A stretch of 64,000 nucleotides of DNA, from positions 320,001 through 384,000 of the forward strand of contig CAWEZH010000003.1 in assembly GCA_963813535.1 (NCBI GenBank), written 5' to 3'. This DNA is from an uncultured Chloroflexia bacterium (GTDB lineage: Bacteria; Chloroflexota; Limnocylindria; Limnocylindrales; CSP1-4). Position 1 is the first letter of the stretch. Every line of letters starts with the position of its first letter. Positions 34,849 to 45,984 of this stretch are shown one piece after another. A model generated the notes under the pieces. The model did not search any database. It worked only from the letters and a program-made list of their open reading frames with translations, and was not told the origin of the DNA. Both the position numbers and the translations under genes were made by a program.

Positions 34849-35663
34849 TCATGTCGTCGGCGTCGGTGTCGGCGTCGATACGCTTGTCGGTGCGGGTGTC
34901 GGATTCGAACTCGGTGCGACGACCGCCGGGAAGGCAAGCGGCCCAGGCCGCGCGGCGATGGCCCAGACCGCGGTCAGTCCGAGGGCGAGAAGGGCGACGA
35001 TTGCCGCCAGATCGACCGACCCGCCGTCCACGCCGGCGGCGCAGGGCCGACCGATGTGGACGGTTATCGGCAGCCGGCGAGGCGATCCGTCGAGCGGCGA
35101 TCTCCGCCCGGTCGCGCTGCAACCGGTCATCGAACGCAGCAGGGCCCTCGACGATGTCCGATGCCGGGAAGCGGGGACATGTCTGGAAGGTTTCGGACAG
35201 GCAGTACGCGCCCTGATGCGGCAGGGAGATCTTCTCGACCTTGCCGGCGACATGACATCGATGACCCGGGGAAGCGAACATGAAGTGCGTCGCCGCGTCG
35301 TCGACCAGGCCAAGATAGGGGCATGCGCTTGCCGTCAGGATCTCGCCGCTCGCGCTCGGGGCAACCGGGAGCGTCTCTGGCTCGACGGACTCTCCGGCCG
35401 GAGCTGACCGTGTGGTCTCGTCCTGCATTTCCGTGGCGATCGATGACGCGTCGGTCGGCCCGGCCTCGACGCGCTGCGCTTCGATGGCCGGGCGCCTGAC
35501 CCCCTGGACCACGGCAAGGATGCCGCTCGTGTGACGCGGCATGACTGGGCTCGATCGGACGCGCCAACTCTGTGCTCGGCTCGAAGTCGAACCTGCACTT
35601 CAGGCAATAGCGGAAGGAGCCAGCTCGAGCCGTCCCGCAAACGGAGCATCGTTCGGTGGCCAC
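34849..35663 (-). CDS. Cys/His-rich (putative Zn-binding) membrane protein, frameshifted
   Basis: CSVC...CLKC zinc ribbon; ACPYLG...HRCH...HQGAYCL...CPRF; TM LAAIVALLALGLTAVWAIA and PT-rich tail; pieces lie in three frames. Confidence 0.55.
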
Positions 35664-35777
35664 GGGCCGCTCGACTCACCTCGATCAGGAGTCCGGACGT
35701 GTCCCCCGGTCCGGATGTGGCCCGTGATTGTGCCCGGAGTTTCCCTCGGATACCAGCGGGGCCCTTTCGCGCCAGAG

Positions 35778-36657
35778 TCACGACTGAGGGTCGTGCTCCT
35801 CGTCCGCCTCGATCGGAACGGCTGGCCGCCGGCGGGTCGATCGTCGCGGGATCGGCGGTAGGCAGTCCGGTCCAACCCTTGCGGTCCGTGGATGCGATGT
35901 TCGCCACGCCCCGTTCGACGGCCGCCTGTGGGATCCGCCAACCCCACGCCATCGGCCCGGTGATGCCACGCCGGAAGAGCAGGAAGCGGTCGGCGTCGGT
36001 CGTCGACTCGAGGAGCCGGTAGGAGCCCGCCTCCTCGACGATGTCGAGGACCGGCTTGAAGACCGTCTCGTACCAGTGACGGGCGCCCTCCTCGGGCGAC
36101 AACAGGCGGCCTTCATCGTGGGAGAGGTCCAGCGTGTGGGCCTTCACCGACTCTTCGAGCTCCAGGTATCCATCTGGGTCCGAGAGCGCGAACCGCTTCC
36201 TCGGACACGCCGCCGCAAGACCGGTCACCTTGCGGAACCGGAGCTCGCGCGCCGACGCTCGGATCGACGCCATCGTGGCCCCCGGGCCGACGTGGAGTTC
36301 GGTCTCGAAGCGGTCGACGTCCGCGTCGACCTCCGTCCGCCCGGCGGCGATGACCAGCGACAGGCGCTTGTGTCCGTCCTCCACGAAATAGCCGTGATCG
36401 ACCTGGATCAGCGTGATGGGCTTGTCGATCACGCTCGGGTCGGCGGCACGCTCGCGGATCGCGGTCCGGAGTCCCTTCGTCTTCGGTCGGAAGCAGGCGT
36501 CGAAGTCGTGGACTCGCCCGACGGAGCCGATGATGTCCGCCACCTGCACCTCCCGGCGACCGACCGGGAGGCGCGTCCCGAGGTTCAGCCGGCGGCGGAC
36601 ATCCTCGAATGACAGGAGGTCCCCGCAGTCACGACCGCGCAGCATCGCCTTCGCCAT
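35778..36657 (-). CDS. ParB-like N-terminal domain/DUF4032-type protein; both ends uncertain
   Basis: LLSFEDV, IIGSVGRVHDFD, PITLIQVDHGYFVEDGHKRLS and ARHWYETVFKPV. Confidence 0.7.
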
Positions 36658-36808
36658 GGCATCCCAGTCTCACGCATCTGCACGGGCGTCGTCACGCGGA
36701 ATGCAAGTCAGGTCCCGTGCTCGCAGCCTTCCTGAAGTCGACGGCGGCTACGGTGCCAACACGCAACATCGCGCCAAGCGGATCCAGCAGCGCGAGGAGG
36801 AGACTCGG

Positions 36809-36919
36809 ATGAGGCTCAAGGGGCAGGGATCGAACACCATGCTGTGGATCGCCGCGATCGTGGTTTTGATCGTCGTGGTCGGCCTCGCCTACTACTTCCT
36901 CGTTCTCGCTCCGCGCTAA
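36809..36919 (+). CDS. Small membrane peptide (36 aa)
   Basis: GAGGAGGAG RBS then MRLKGQGSNTMLWIAAIVVLIVVVGLAYYFLVLAPR; ends 12 bp before the PRC-barrel gene. Confidence 0.6.
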   Translation: MRLKGQGSNTMLWIAAIVVLIVVVGLAYYFLVLAPR

Positions 36920-36931
36920 CGGAGGAACGTC

Positions 36932-38332
36932 ATGCGCAAGGGCAAGTCCGTCATCGGGAAGGATGTCTTGTCGCTTGCCGATGGCGTGAAGCTCCAGACG
37001 GTAAGCGACCTCGTGGTCGACGCCGGGGCACGGCGTGTCGTCGCCCTCGTCGTCGAAGAGGGTGGCTTCATGTCGAGCTCGATCGTCGTGCCGACGGAGG
37101 AAGTCGAGAGCTACGGCAGGGACGCGGTCGTGGTCCGCAGCGCCGAGTCGGTGATGTCGGTCGGCGACCACGCCGACCTCCGAGCCCTCGTGGAGCGTCA
37201 CGAGAAGATCATCGGCAAGAAGGTATTCACCACGACGGGCGACGATCAGGGCTCGATCAGCGATCTGTACTTCGACGAGCGGAGTGGCGATGTCCTGGGC
37301 TTCGAAGTTTCCAGCGGCCTGCTGGGCGACGCCGCCAAGGGGACGTCATATCTGGCCAACGACGAGATCACTGGGGTAGGACCGGAGTTGATGTACGTCC
37401 GACCGGAAACGGCGGACGTCCTCGAGGGGCAGGTCGGTGGGCTACAGGGAGTGATGGCGGACGCCGGGTCGAAACTCGGGCAAACCAAGGACGCCGCATC
37501 GAGGAAGCTCGATGAAGGAAGGCCGGAGGACAAGCTGATCGGCCAGCGGACGGGCTCCGATGTCGAAGCTGACGACGGCTCCGTCATCGTCCCGAAGGGC
37601 CGTCGGATCCGAGAAGAGGATGTCGCCGCCGCGCGCGAGGCGGGGAAGCTTCCCGCGCTGAGCTCATCCGTGGCCATGGCTACTGCGCAGAAGGCCGGAG
37701 CAGAAGCGCAGGATGCCCTGGGCACCGTCGGTGACTCAGCCGCCAGCCTGTGGGACAAGTTCACGGCCAAGGTCGGAGAGATGACCGACGCGACCGGGAA
37801 GCGCGTCGACCAGGAGCAGACCAAAAGGCGGCTCTCGGAGATCACGGACGCCATCGGTCGTCCGGTCAAGAAGGTCATCCTCGACCGCGAGGACAACGTG
37901 GTCCTGAACCTTGGCGACATCATCACGCACCAGGCCGTCCAGCGTGCACATGACTCAGGCGGGCTCGATAGCCTCCTGGGCTCCGTCTACAAGGCCGACG
38001 TCGAGTTTTCGAAGGAGGAGATGCGAGCTCCCAAGGAGGCGCCCGCACAGGCCACCGTCGAGAAGGCGAGTGGCGGAGCCGTGGTCGTCGACCAGCTGGA
38101 GACCAAGGTCGAAGTCGCTGAGACTGAGCGCGAGGCCGAGAAGGAGCGGAAGCGGATCCAGTCCGAGGCCGAACGCGAACAGCGCGAGCGGGAGCGCGAG
38201 CAGCGCGGAGCCGAGCGCGATGACGCGAAGGAGGCCCGCGAGGCCGAGGAACGCGAGGATCAGGCCGCTGCGTCGGCTGCAACCACGCAGACGAGCGCGA
38301 CGGCCGTGAAAGCGCGACCCAAGAAGGGCTAG
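36932..38332 (+). CDS. Tandem PRC-barrel domain protein with charged coiled-coil tail
   Basis: GGAGG RBS; VIGKDVLSLADG...VSDLVVD and IIGKKVFTTTGDDQGSISDLYFD barrels; Glu/Arg-rich C-terminus. Confidence 0.85.
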   Translation: MRKGKSVIGKDVLSLADGVKLQTVSDLVVDAGARRVVALVVEEGGFMSSSIVVPTEEVESYGRDAVVVRSAESVMSVGDHADLRALVERHEKIIGKKVFTTTGDDQGSISDLYFDERSGDVLGFEVSSGLLGDAAKGTSYLANDEITGVGPELMYVRPETADVLEGQVGGLQGVMADAGSKLGQTKDAASRKLDEGRPEDKLIGQRTGSDVEADDGSVIVPKGRRIREEDVAAAREAGKLPALSSSVAMATAQKAGAEAQDALGTVGDSAASLWDKFTAKVGEMTDATGKRVDQEQTKRRLSEITDAIGRPVKKVILDREDNVVLNLGDIITHQAVQRAHDSGGLDSLLGSVYKADVEFSKEEMRAPKEAPAQATVEKASGGAVVVDQLETKVEVAETEREAEKERKRIQSEAEREQREREREQRGAERDDAKEAREAEEREDQAAASAATTQTSATAVKARPKKG

Positions 38333-38355
38333 TCCGACCGCCGGTCCTGTCTAAG

Positions 38356-40050
<1,695 letters not shown>

Positions 40051-40268
40051 TCAGGGTTCCTCCGGGGTTTTTCTGATGCTACAGAAAAGCGGCCCAAGAC
40101 GCAAATCCGGGACGGTCCCGGCCGAAGCGCGTGCCTGCTGTCACCGCCGCGTGTCGGAGAGAGGCACTAGCAATACCGTCCGAAGCTATCGAAACGTGGC
40201 TGGTAACCGCATTCGATAGCGTTCACGTCGAGGGACGAACAACGCCTACGACGGAGAACATCGCCGAT

Positions 40269-40538
40269 ATGAGCGAACCGAAGCGCGAACTGGCAGGTCG
40301 GTCCGACAAGCTGCTTGACGCCCTGCGGCATCTCAAGGAGACCGAGGAACGCAAGCGCAAGGTCCCGATCTCCACTCCCGCCTTTCACGAGCTTGCGAAC
40401 GACGTCAACGCGACGAGTCGAGAGATCTTCCGGATCGCTCGCGATCAGGATGACCTGGGCGACGCCATACCGACCGGCTCCGACACGATCGAGGACGTCG
40501 ATCGCGACCGCGCTAACGGATCGGGGCGCGAAACCTGA
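40269..40538 (+). CDS. Hypothetical helical protein (89 aa)
   Basis: GGAGA upstream of ATG 40269; MSEPKRELAGRSDKLLDALRHLKETEERKR...; codon pattern looks like a real gene. Confidence 0.6.
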   Translation: MSEPKRELAGRSDKLLDALRHLKETEERKRKVPISTPAFHELANDVNATSREIFRIARDQDDLGDAIPTGSDTIEDVDRDRANGSGRET

Positions 40539-40555
40539 GTCGCTTCTCGCCCGAG

Positions 40556-40747
40556 CTACTCGCGGCGCGGGGTCGGTAGGTCCGCCGCGTCTGGTTGCGC
40601 AGCCTCATCGGCGCGGGCCTGGTATTCGCGTCGTCGCTCTTCCTCGACGAGCCGCGCCCGGAACCACGGCGCCGTCCGTGGCGCCGTGCCTTCTAGCTCA
40701 CGGACCGCAGCGCGCCACGCGTCGAGTGCCTCCGTGATGAGTCTCAT
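40556..40747 (-). CDS. Hypothetical protein (63 aa), third gene after hsp20-hspR
   Basis: GGGAGA RBS; starts 9 bp after the hspR stop. Confidence 0.5.
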   Translation of the reverse strand: MRLITEALDAWRAAVRELEGTAPRTAPWFRARLVEEERRREYQARADEAAQPDAADLPTPRRE

Positions 40748-40756
40748 GGTCTCCCC

Positions 40757-41101
40757 TCACGGTTCCCTGCTCATGTCTGAAGCCTCATCGATCGCCGTCT
40801 GAAGCTCGGCGGTGGTGGAGTCCGATGGCAATGCGTCCAACCGATCGGCCATCCCTAGCGCGAGCTCGAGACCGGCGATATTGATCCCCCGAACCTCGAC
40901 CAGATGCCGGATCCGTCGCAGGCGTTGGATGTCCTCATCTGAATACAGGCGTTGGTTGCCGTCCTGCCGTGCCGGCGTCAGGAGACCCGCTCGCTCGTAT
41001 TTGCGGAGCGTCTGCGGGTGCATCCCGGTCAGGCGAGACGCGACGGCGATCGAGTAGAGGCCGCCGCTCTCGCCCGCGAGAGGCTCCGTATCAGGAGCCA
41101 T
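40757..41101 (-). CDS. hspR: MerR family heat-shock repressor HspR-like
   Basis: YSIAVASRLTGMHPQTLRKYERAGLLTPAR...RLYS...GINIAG. Confidence 0.8.
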   Translation of the reverse strand: MAPDTEPLAGESGGLYSIAVASRLTGMHPQTLRKYERAGLLTPARQDGNQRLYSDEDIQRLRRIRHLVEVRGINIAGLELALGMADRLDALPSDSTTAELQTAIDEASDMSREP

Positions 41102-41567
41102 TCGAGCCAGCGCCGATCTGTCGCGCCGACCCGACCTTGATCTGCTTGGGCTTGGCGTCCGCGGTCTTCGGCAGGGTCAGCGTCAGGATCCCATCCTCGA
41201 AGGTCGTTTCTGCCTTGTCCGCATCGATGGAGCGGGGCAAGGTGACTTGCCGGATGTACTCCCCGGGCGTCACCTCGTGGACGAGCCAACTGGCACCCTC
41301 GGGGAGCTCCGTTTCCTCGCTCTTCGCCCGAAGCGTCAGGACGCCACCCTGGAACTGGATGTCGATGCCCTCGGGCGCAACCCCCGGAACGACCGCTCGG
41401 ACGACCATGTCATCCGACGTCTCGAAGATGTCGAGCGGCAGGTAATTGGTTCCGGGGGACCACGTCAGCCAGCTGCCTGGGCTGACCCACCGATCCTCGA
41501 ACAACCGATCCATGCCATCCCGCAGGGACATGAAGTCGCGCAGCGGGCTGAAGCCGTGACGAGCCAT
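41091..41567 (-). CDS. Hsp20/alpha-crystallin small heat-shock protein
   Basis: MDRLFED, PLDIFET, PGVAPEGIDI, LPRSIDADKAETTFEDGILTLTLPK; AGGAGG RBS. Confidence 0.95.
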   Translation of the reverse strand: MARHGFSPLRDFMSLRDGMDRLFEDRWVSPGSWLTWSPGTNYLPLDIFETSDDMVVRAVVPGVAPEGIDIQFQGGVLTLRAKSEETELPEGASWLVHEVTPGEYIRQVTLPRSIDADKAETTFEDGILTLTLPKTADAKPKQIKVGSARQIGAGSNGS

Positions 41568-41617
41568 TTCGACGTCAACCTCCTTCTGCTAATAGCGTGG
41601 CGTCATGCCACGTGTCG

Positions 41618-41648
41618 TGTATAGCAATATGACACATAGCATGTCAAG
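41618..41648 (-). promoter_or_regulatory. Sigma70-type promoter (TTGACA-N18-TATACA) overlapped by a HAIR-like inverted repeat CTTGACA-N7-TGTCATA
   Basis: Minus strand reads cTTGACAtgctatgTGTCAtattgcTATACA in an AT-rich patch 50 bp upstream of hsp20. Confidence 0.7.
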
Positions 41649-41792
41649 TTCCCTTCCACGGTCCGCGTTGGGTGGTGCGTCCAGGCACCACGAATCCGAC
41701 GGCAGCACCGCCGTTGGGATGGCCCGACTAACCGCCCGCGGTGTTGACTGGGGTCAACAACCGCATATCGCCGAAAGGCGGGGGAGGATCGG

Positions 41793-43511
41793 ATGTCCAG
41801 CGTCCTCGAGCGACGGCTGAGCCGGCGACGGTTCCTTGGGGCCAGTGCCGCGGGAGGGGCGGCGCTCCTCCTCGCAGGAACCGGATCCTCCGCCCTCGCG
41901 GCATCGCCGCCGACGCTCGCCGACCTGTCGCGACGCGACGAGGACGAGGACTGGTTCGAGGCGTCGATCCCGAGGCTCCAGCGCCTGATGCGGAAGCGGG
42001 AGATCACGAGCGCGGGCCTCACGAAGGCCTACCTCCGCCGGATCCGAAGGCTCGATCCGGTGCTCGGCTCGGTCATCGAGACCAACCCGGACGCCCTCCG
42101 GATCGCGGCCCAGCGCGACCGCGAGCGGCGACGTGGCCACGTCCGTGGTCCGCTCCATGGCATCCCGATCCTCGTGAAGGACAACGTCGCGACGCGCGAC
42201 AAGATGGAGACGACCGCCGGATCGTTCGCCCTCGAGGGGAGTCGCGTCCCCCGGGATGCGGAGATCGTCCGTCGATTGCGCCGGGCCGGCGCCGTCATCC
42301 TCGGCAAGGCCAACCTGTCCGAGTGGGCGAACTTCCGCGGCTTCATCCCGCCGGGGTTTCCCAATGGTTGGAGCGGACGAGGCGACTTCACCAGGAACCC
42401 GTATGTCCTGAGCTGGGATCCATGCGGATCGAGCTCGGGTTCGGCGGTCGCGGCGGCCGCGAACCTCGCCTCCGTGACGATCGGGACGGAGACCGACGGC
42501 TCCATCCTGTGTCCGGCCGGCAACACCAACGTGGTCGGGTTGAAGCCGACCCTCGGACTGGTGGCCCAGAACGGGATCATCCCGATCGCGCACTCGCAGG
42601 ACACGGCGGGGCCCATCACCCGGACGGTCACCGACGCCGCGATCCTGCTCAATGCCATCCGCTCGCCGTTCGGTCCGGTCAAGGGCCACAAGCTGCCGCG
42701 CGACTACACCAAGTTCCTTCGCCGGGGCGCGCTCAAGGGCGCCCGGATCGGTGTCGATCGATTGAACTTCCAGGAGGACTACTTCGCCGTCCCGGAGCTC
42801 AATCTCGTGACCGAGCAGGCGCTCGATGTCATGGCCGACGCGGGCGCGACGATCATCGACATCGAACCGGCCGACTGCCCCGACCCGAACACCTGGTTCG
42901 ACCCGGAGTTCGCGGTCCTGCTCAACGAGTTCAAGCACGACATCGCCGCGTACCTGAAGCCGGTCAGGCGGACCGAGATGCGCGATCTGGCCGATCTGAT
43001 CGAGTTCAACATCGAGCACTGCGCCGAGGAGATGACCTACTTCGGACAGGAGATCTTCGACATGGCGCAGGCGATGTCCGGGAGTCTCACTGATCCGGCG
43101 TATCTGGCGGCACGTGCCGAGAGTGTCCGGCTGGCAGGCCCCGAGGGGCTCGACCGCGTGCTCGACGAGCACGATCTCGACGTGCTGGTCTCGCCGGCGT
43201 ATTCCGTCGGGTACTCGGCGGCGGCCGTCGCGGGCTATGCCAGCATCTCGGTCCCGGCCGGGGTCGCGGCGGACGGACGTCCGGGTTGCGTCTGGATGTC
43301 CGGGCGCTTCCTCGACGAGCCGAAGCTCATCCGGCTCGCCTATGACCTCGAGCAGGAGCTCGGACGACGAGACATCCCGAAGTACCTCGGGACCGTGCCC
43401 GGGCCGTTCGCGGATGCCGGCATCTGCGCGGCGCTGCCGGCCTCGTCGGAGCGGGCGGGGGCGGTCCAGCGCGAGACCGTGGCCATGCCCCGAAGGCGGA
43501 TGCCGTTGTAG
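41793..43511 (+). CDS. Tat-exported amidase-signature family enzyme
   Basis: SRRRFL twin-Arg signal; PLHGIPILVKDN, GKANLSEWANFR, CGSSSGS and GTETDGSI. Confidence 0.92.
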   Translation: MSSVLERRLSRRRFLGASAAGGAALLLAGTGSSALAASPPTLADLSRRDEDEDWFEASIPRLQRLMRKREITSAGLTKAYLRRIRRLDPVLGSVIETNPDALRIAAQRDRERRRGHVRGPLHGIPILVKDNVATRDKMETTAGSFALEGSRVPRDAEIVRRLRRAGAVILGKANLSEWANFRGFIPPGFPNGWSGRGDFTRNPYVLSWDPCGSSSGSAVAAAANLASVTIGTETDGSILCPAGNTNVVGLKPTLGLVAQNGIIPIAHSQDTAGPITRTVTDAAILLNAIRSPFGPVKGHKLPRDYTKFLRRGALKGARIGVDRLNFQEDYFAVPELNLVTEQALDVMADAGATIIDIEPADCPDPNTWFDPEFAVLLNEFKHDIAAYLKPVRRTEMRDLADLIEFNIEHCAEEMTYFGQEIFDMAQAMSGSLTDPAYLAARAESVRLAGPEGLDRVLDEHDLDVLVSPAYSVGYSAAAVAGYASISVPAGVAADGRPGCVWMSGRFLDEPKLIRLAYDLEQELGRRDIPKYLGTVPGPFADAGICAALPASSERAGAVQRETVAMPRRRMPL

Positions 43512-43596
43512 GGAGGGTCTCGCGGCGGGCGGCGGCGGCGGGGGGTGCCGCGCTCCGCTGGTGCCGCCCCGCCGGGCGCGGGGGCTCGCCGGCGTT

Positions 43597-43934
43597 TGGA
43601 ACATCACGTGTTACGTCCGACCGCCAAGGTCCCCTGATCCGGGACCTTGGCGGTCATATGGAACATCACGTGTTACGAACGGCACCTGAGCGGGGCTTCG
43701 CCGGTCGCACGTAACACGTCAGGTTACAAAGGGCACCTGAGCGCTCCCGCGGGCCGGTGGAACATCCCGATGTTCCAAGTGACCGCTGAGCGGACCAGGC
43801 CGAGGGTTGGAAGGGTCCGATCGGTACCTTCCCCGATCGTTTGGCACCTCCAGGAGGTTCCAAACGACTGCTGGGACCGCCGCTGACGATCCGCCTGGAG
43901 GCTCGCCGGTCAGTCGGAACATGGGGAGGTTCCA
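43597..43934. repeat. Cluster of six related palindromic ~19-31-bp elements (TGGAAC-N7-9-GTT(A/C)C core), REP/BIME-like
   Basis: Identical 19-mers at 43597 and 43659, inverted copy at 43710, palindromic variants at 43758, 43837 and 43915, plus a 15-bp-stem hairpin at 43619-43655. Confidence 0.75.
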
Positions 43935-43963
43935 ACCGTGAACGGGCATCGCCCGGCGGCCAC

Positions 43964-44788
43964 TCAGGCCGGCGGCCACGACCCCGGCGGCGGATCCACC
44001 AGGCCCTCGCCCCACACTTCCGGGCCGCAGAAGAAGCCACGCGGCGGCAGAGCGTCGACAGGCACTCGTGGGAGCGTTGCCGGATCGGCTCGCCACGCAT
44101 CCAGCGTCTCCACCAGCCACGACTCGATCTCGTTGAACGCCGTCCATCGATGGAATGCCCAGCCGGCCTCGAGGCAGATCCGCTCCAGGGACCGCTTCGC
44201 GAAGACCACGTCGCTGTAGCCCGCCGCATATCGGTCGCTCTCGCCGTCACCGATGTACACGACCCGCCGGCCCGCGGCTCGATGCGCCAGCACCCGCTCG
44301 CGCTTGCACGTGCCGCACACGAGACAGGTCGGGTGGCCGTTCGGGAACTCGATGGACGGGCGACGGTCAGCGAACGTGGTCCGCGCGGTCACGATCGGGA
44401 GATCGCCGACGCCGAGCGCGTCCAATGCCGGCTGGATGAAGAACCCGTACCCGTCGGACACGATCTCGATCGGGATGCCCGCCGACCGGGCACGCCGCAC
44501 GAACGGCACGAACCCTGGGTCGTGCGGCTGGGCCGCAGCGGTCGAGCGCAGGATCGCCGGGTCCGCCTCGATCAGCGACACCTCCCAGGCCATGAGCCGG
44601 CGCGACCCCATCCGACCCGCGTCGTAGTCGACCTCGGCGTCCTCCCAGACGGCACCGGCAACATGTTCCGCGAGCAGGATCTCCGTGACGTCGGTCAGGG
44701 AGATCGTCCCGTCGTAGTCGATCAGGATCGACAGGGGTGGTGTCCCCGCGCGCGCCGGCGGCACAGGCGGATCGACGACGAACGTCAT
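43964..44788 (-). CDS. HAD-IB family phosphatase (MtnX-like)
   Basis: IDYDGTI, IVSDGYGFFI, CLVCGTCK and YIGDGESD. Confidence 0.85.
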   Translation of the reverse strand: MTFVVDPPVPPARAGTPPLSILIDYDGTISLTDVTEILLAEHVAGAVWEDAEVDYDAGRMGSRRLMAWEVSLIEADPAILRSTAAAQPHDPGFVPFVRRARSAGIPIEIVSDGYGFFIQPALDALGVGDLPIVTARTTFADRRPSIEFPNGHPTCLVCGTCKRERVLAHRAAGRRVVYIGDGESDRYAAGYSDVVFAKRSLERICLEAGWAFHRWTAFNEIESWLVETLDAWRADPATLPRVPVDALPPRGFFCGPEVWGEGLVDPPPGSWPPA

Positions 44789-45690
44789 CGCGGCGCCGGT
44801 CCGGCTGCGGCTCGTCGCAACGGTCGCGACGACGGCGGGTGCGTCGACGCCCGGCGGGTGAGCGCGACGCCCGCCAGGATGATGAAGCCACCGACCACCT
44901 GGGCGGGCCGTATCGGCTCACCGAGGAAGACGAAGGCGAGGACGACCGCCATCGCCGGGACGAACGACTGGAGCGTGATGACGCGGGTCGGGCCGAGCAG
45001 TCGGACGCCGTTGAACACGACGACGTTCGCAAAGGCTGCCGCGAGCACCCCGGAATAGACGATGGCCAGGACGATCGGGACGATCGCCGCCGCCTGCTCC
45101 GGCCCGAGCGCCCCGGGCGCGAGCAACTGCGCCATCCCCAGCGGGAGCAGCACGATCGTCCCGCCGATCGTGGCCCACGTCGTCAGGACGAGCGGCGAGT
45201 GGCGTCGGAGGACCGACGCGGCGAACGCCGTGTACGTCGCCCAGCACGCCGCTGCCGCGAGCGTCAGCAGACTGCCGGCCGTCGAGCCGCTCATCGAGAT
45301 CCCGACGCCGGCGCCGATGACGACCACGACCCCGAGGAACGACAGCGAGGCACCCACGAACTTCATCGGCGTGAGCGTGTCGGAGCCGGCGACGACGGCC
45401 AATACGGCGACCAGCACCGGCGTCGACGCGATGATCAGCGCGCTGTCGCCAGCCGGGATCGATGTCAGACCTGTCGTCCACAGGATCTGGTAGACCCCGA
45501 ACCCGAGTCCGCCCAGGACCAGGATCCGCGCGACATCGGGCCGGGGCAATCGGACGGAACCCTCGTACCAGCGCAGGATCACGAGCAGGGCGATGGATGC
45601 CAGGCCGTAGCGCAGCATCGTGAACGCGACGGGCGGCAGGACCGTGAGTGCGCCCTTGACGACGATGAAGTTCGCCGCCCAGACGACCAT
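44785..45690 (-). CDS. DMT/EamA family transporter (true start probably further upstream)
   Basis: VWAANFIVVK, about 10 hydrophobic segments and FLGEPI. Confidence 0.9.
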   Translation of the reverse strand: MVVWAANFIVVKGALTVLPPVAFTMLRYGLASIALLVILRWYEGSVRLPRPDVARILVLGGLGFGVYQILWTTGLTSIPAGDSALIIASTPVLVAVLAVVAGSDTLTPMKFVGASLSFLGVVVVIGAGVGISMSGSTAGSLLTLAAAACWATYTAFAASVLRRHSPLVLTTWATIGGTIVLLPLGMAQLLAPGALGPEQAAAIVPIVLAIVYSGVLAAAFANVVVFNGVRLLGPTRVITLQSFVPAMAVVLAFVFLGEPIRPAQVVGGFIILAGVALTRRASTHPPSSRPLRRAAAGPAPR

Positions 45691-45814
45691 GACACCGAGG
45701 ACGGCGGCCTCGGCGACCCGTCGATCGGCGGACAGTCGAACGCCCGCCGGTCGATCGGCGGGCGTCGGTGCGGCCGCGGGGATGTCGGGGTCGATCAGGC
45801 GCCGTCGCGATCGA

Positions 45815-45970
45815 TCAGACGGCGTCGCGGTCGAGCTCGAGGAGCTCCTCGTCGTCCTCTTCGGTCAGCTTGAGCCAGACGAACAGGCCGGCCAGGACGG
45901 CCAGCGGGATGACGATCAGCGCGGCCAGCGTGATGCCGAGCGCGACAGCGACAGTCTTGAGGGCTTTCAT
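45815..45970 (-). CDS. Small single-TM protein (51 aa) with acidic tail
   Basis: Not in the ORF track; GGAGGT RBS then MKALKTVAVALGITLAALIVIPLAVLAGLFVWLKLTEEDDEELLELDRDAV. Confidence 0.7.
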   Translation of the reverse strand: MKALKTVAVALGITLAALIVIPLAVLAGLFVWLKLTEEDDEELLELDRDAV

Positions 45971-45984
45971 GGGCCTACCTCCGA

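Noticed and set aside
34103-35542. Single 479-aa protein as given in the ORF track
   Set aside because: It is a chimera from frameshifts; a clear signal peptide starts at 34732 and the upstream TM segment is in another frame.
35778-36657. Chromosome or plasmid partitioning ParB
   Set aside because: Only the ParB-like N-terminal motif is present, with no HTH and no parA neighbour; it fits the DUF4032-type family better.
41570-41615. RNA thermometer in the hsp20 5' UTR
   Set aside because: A CGTGGC/GCCACG hairpin is present but does not sequester the Shine-Dalgarno; no ROSE or fourU motif is seen.
43597-43934. CRISPR array
   Set aside because: Only two identical copies, mixed orientation, irregular spacing, self-complementary spacers and no cas genes in the window.
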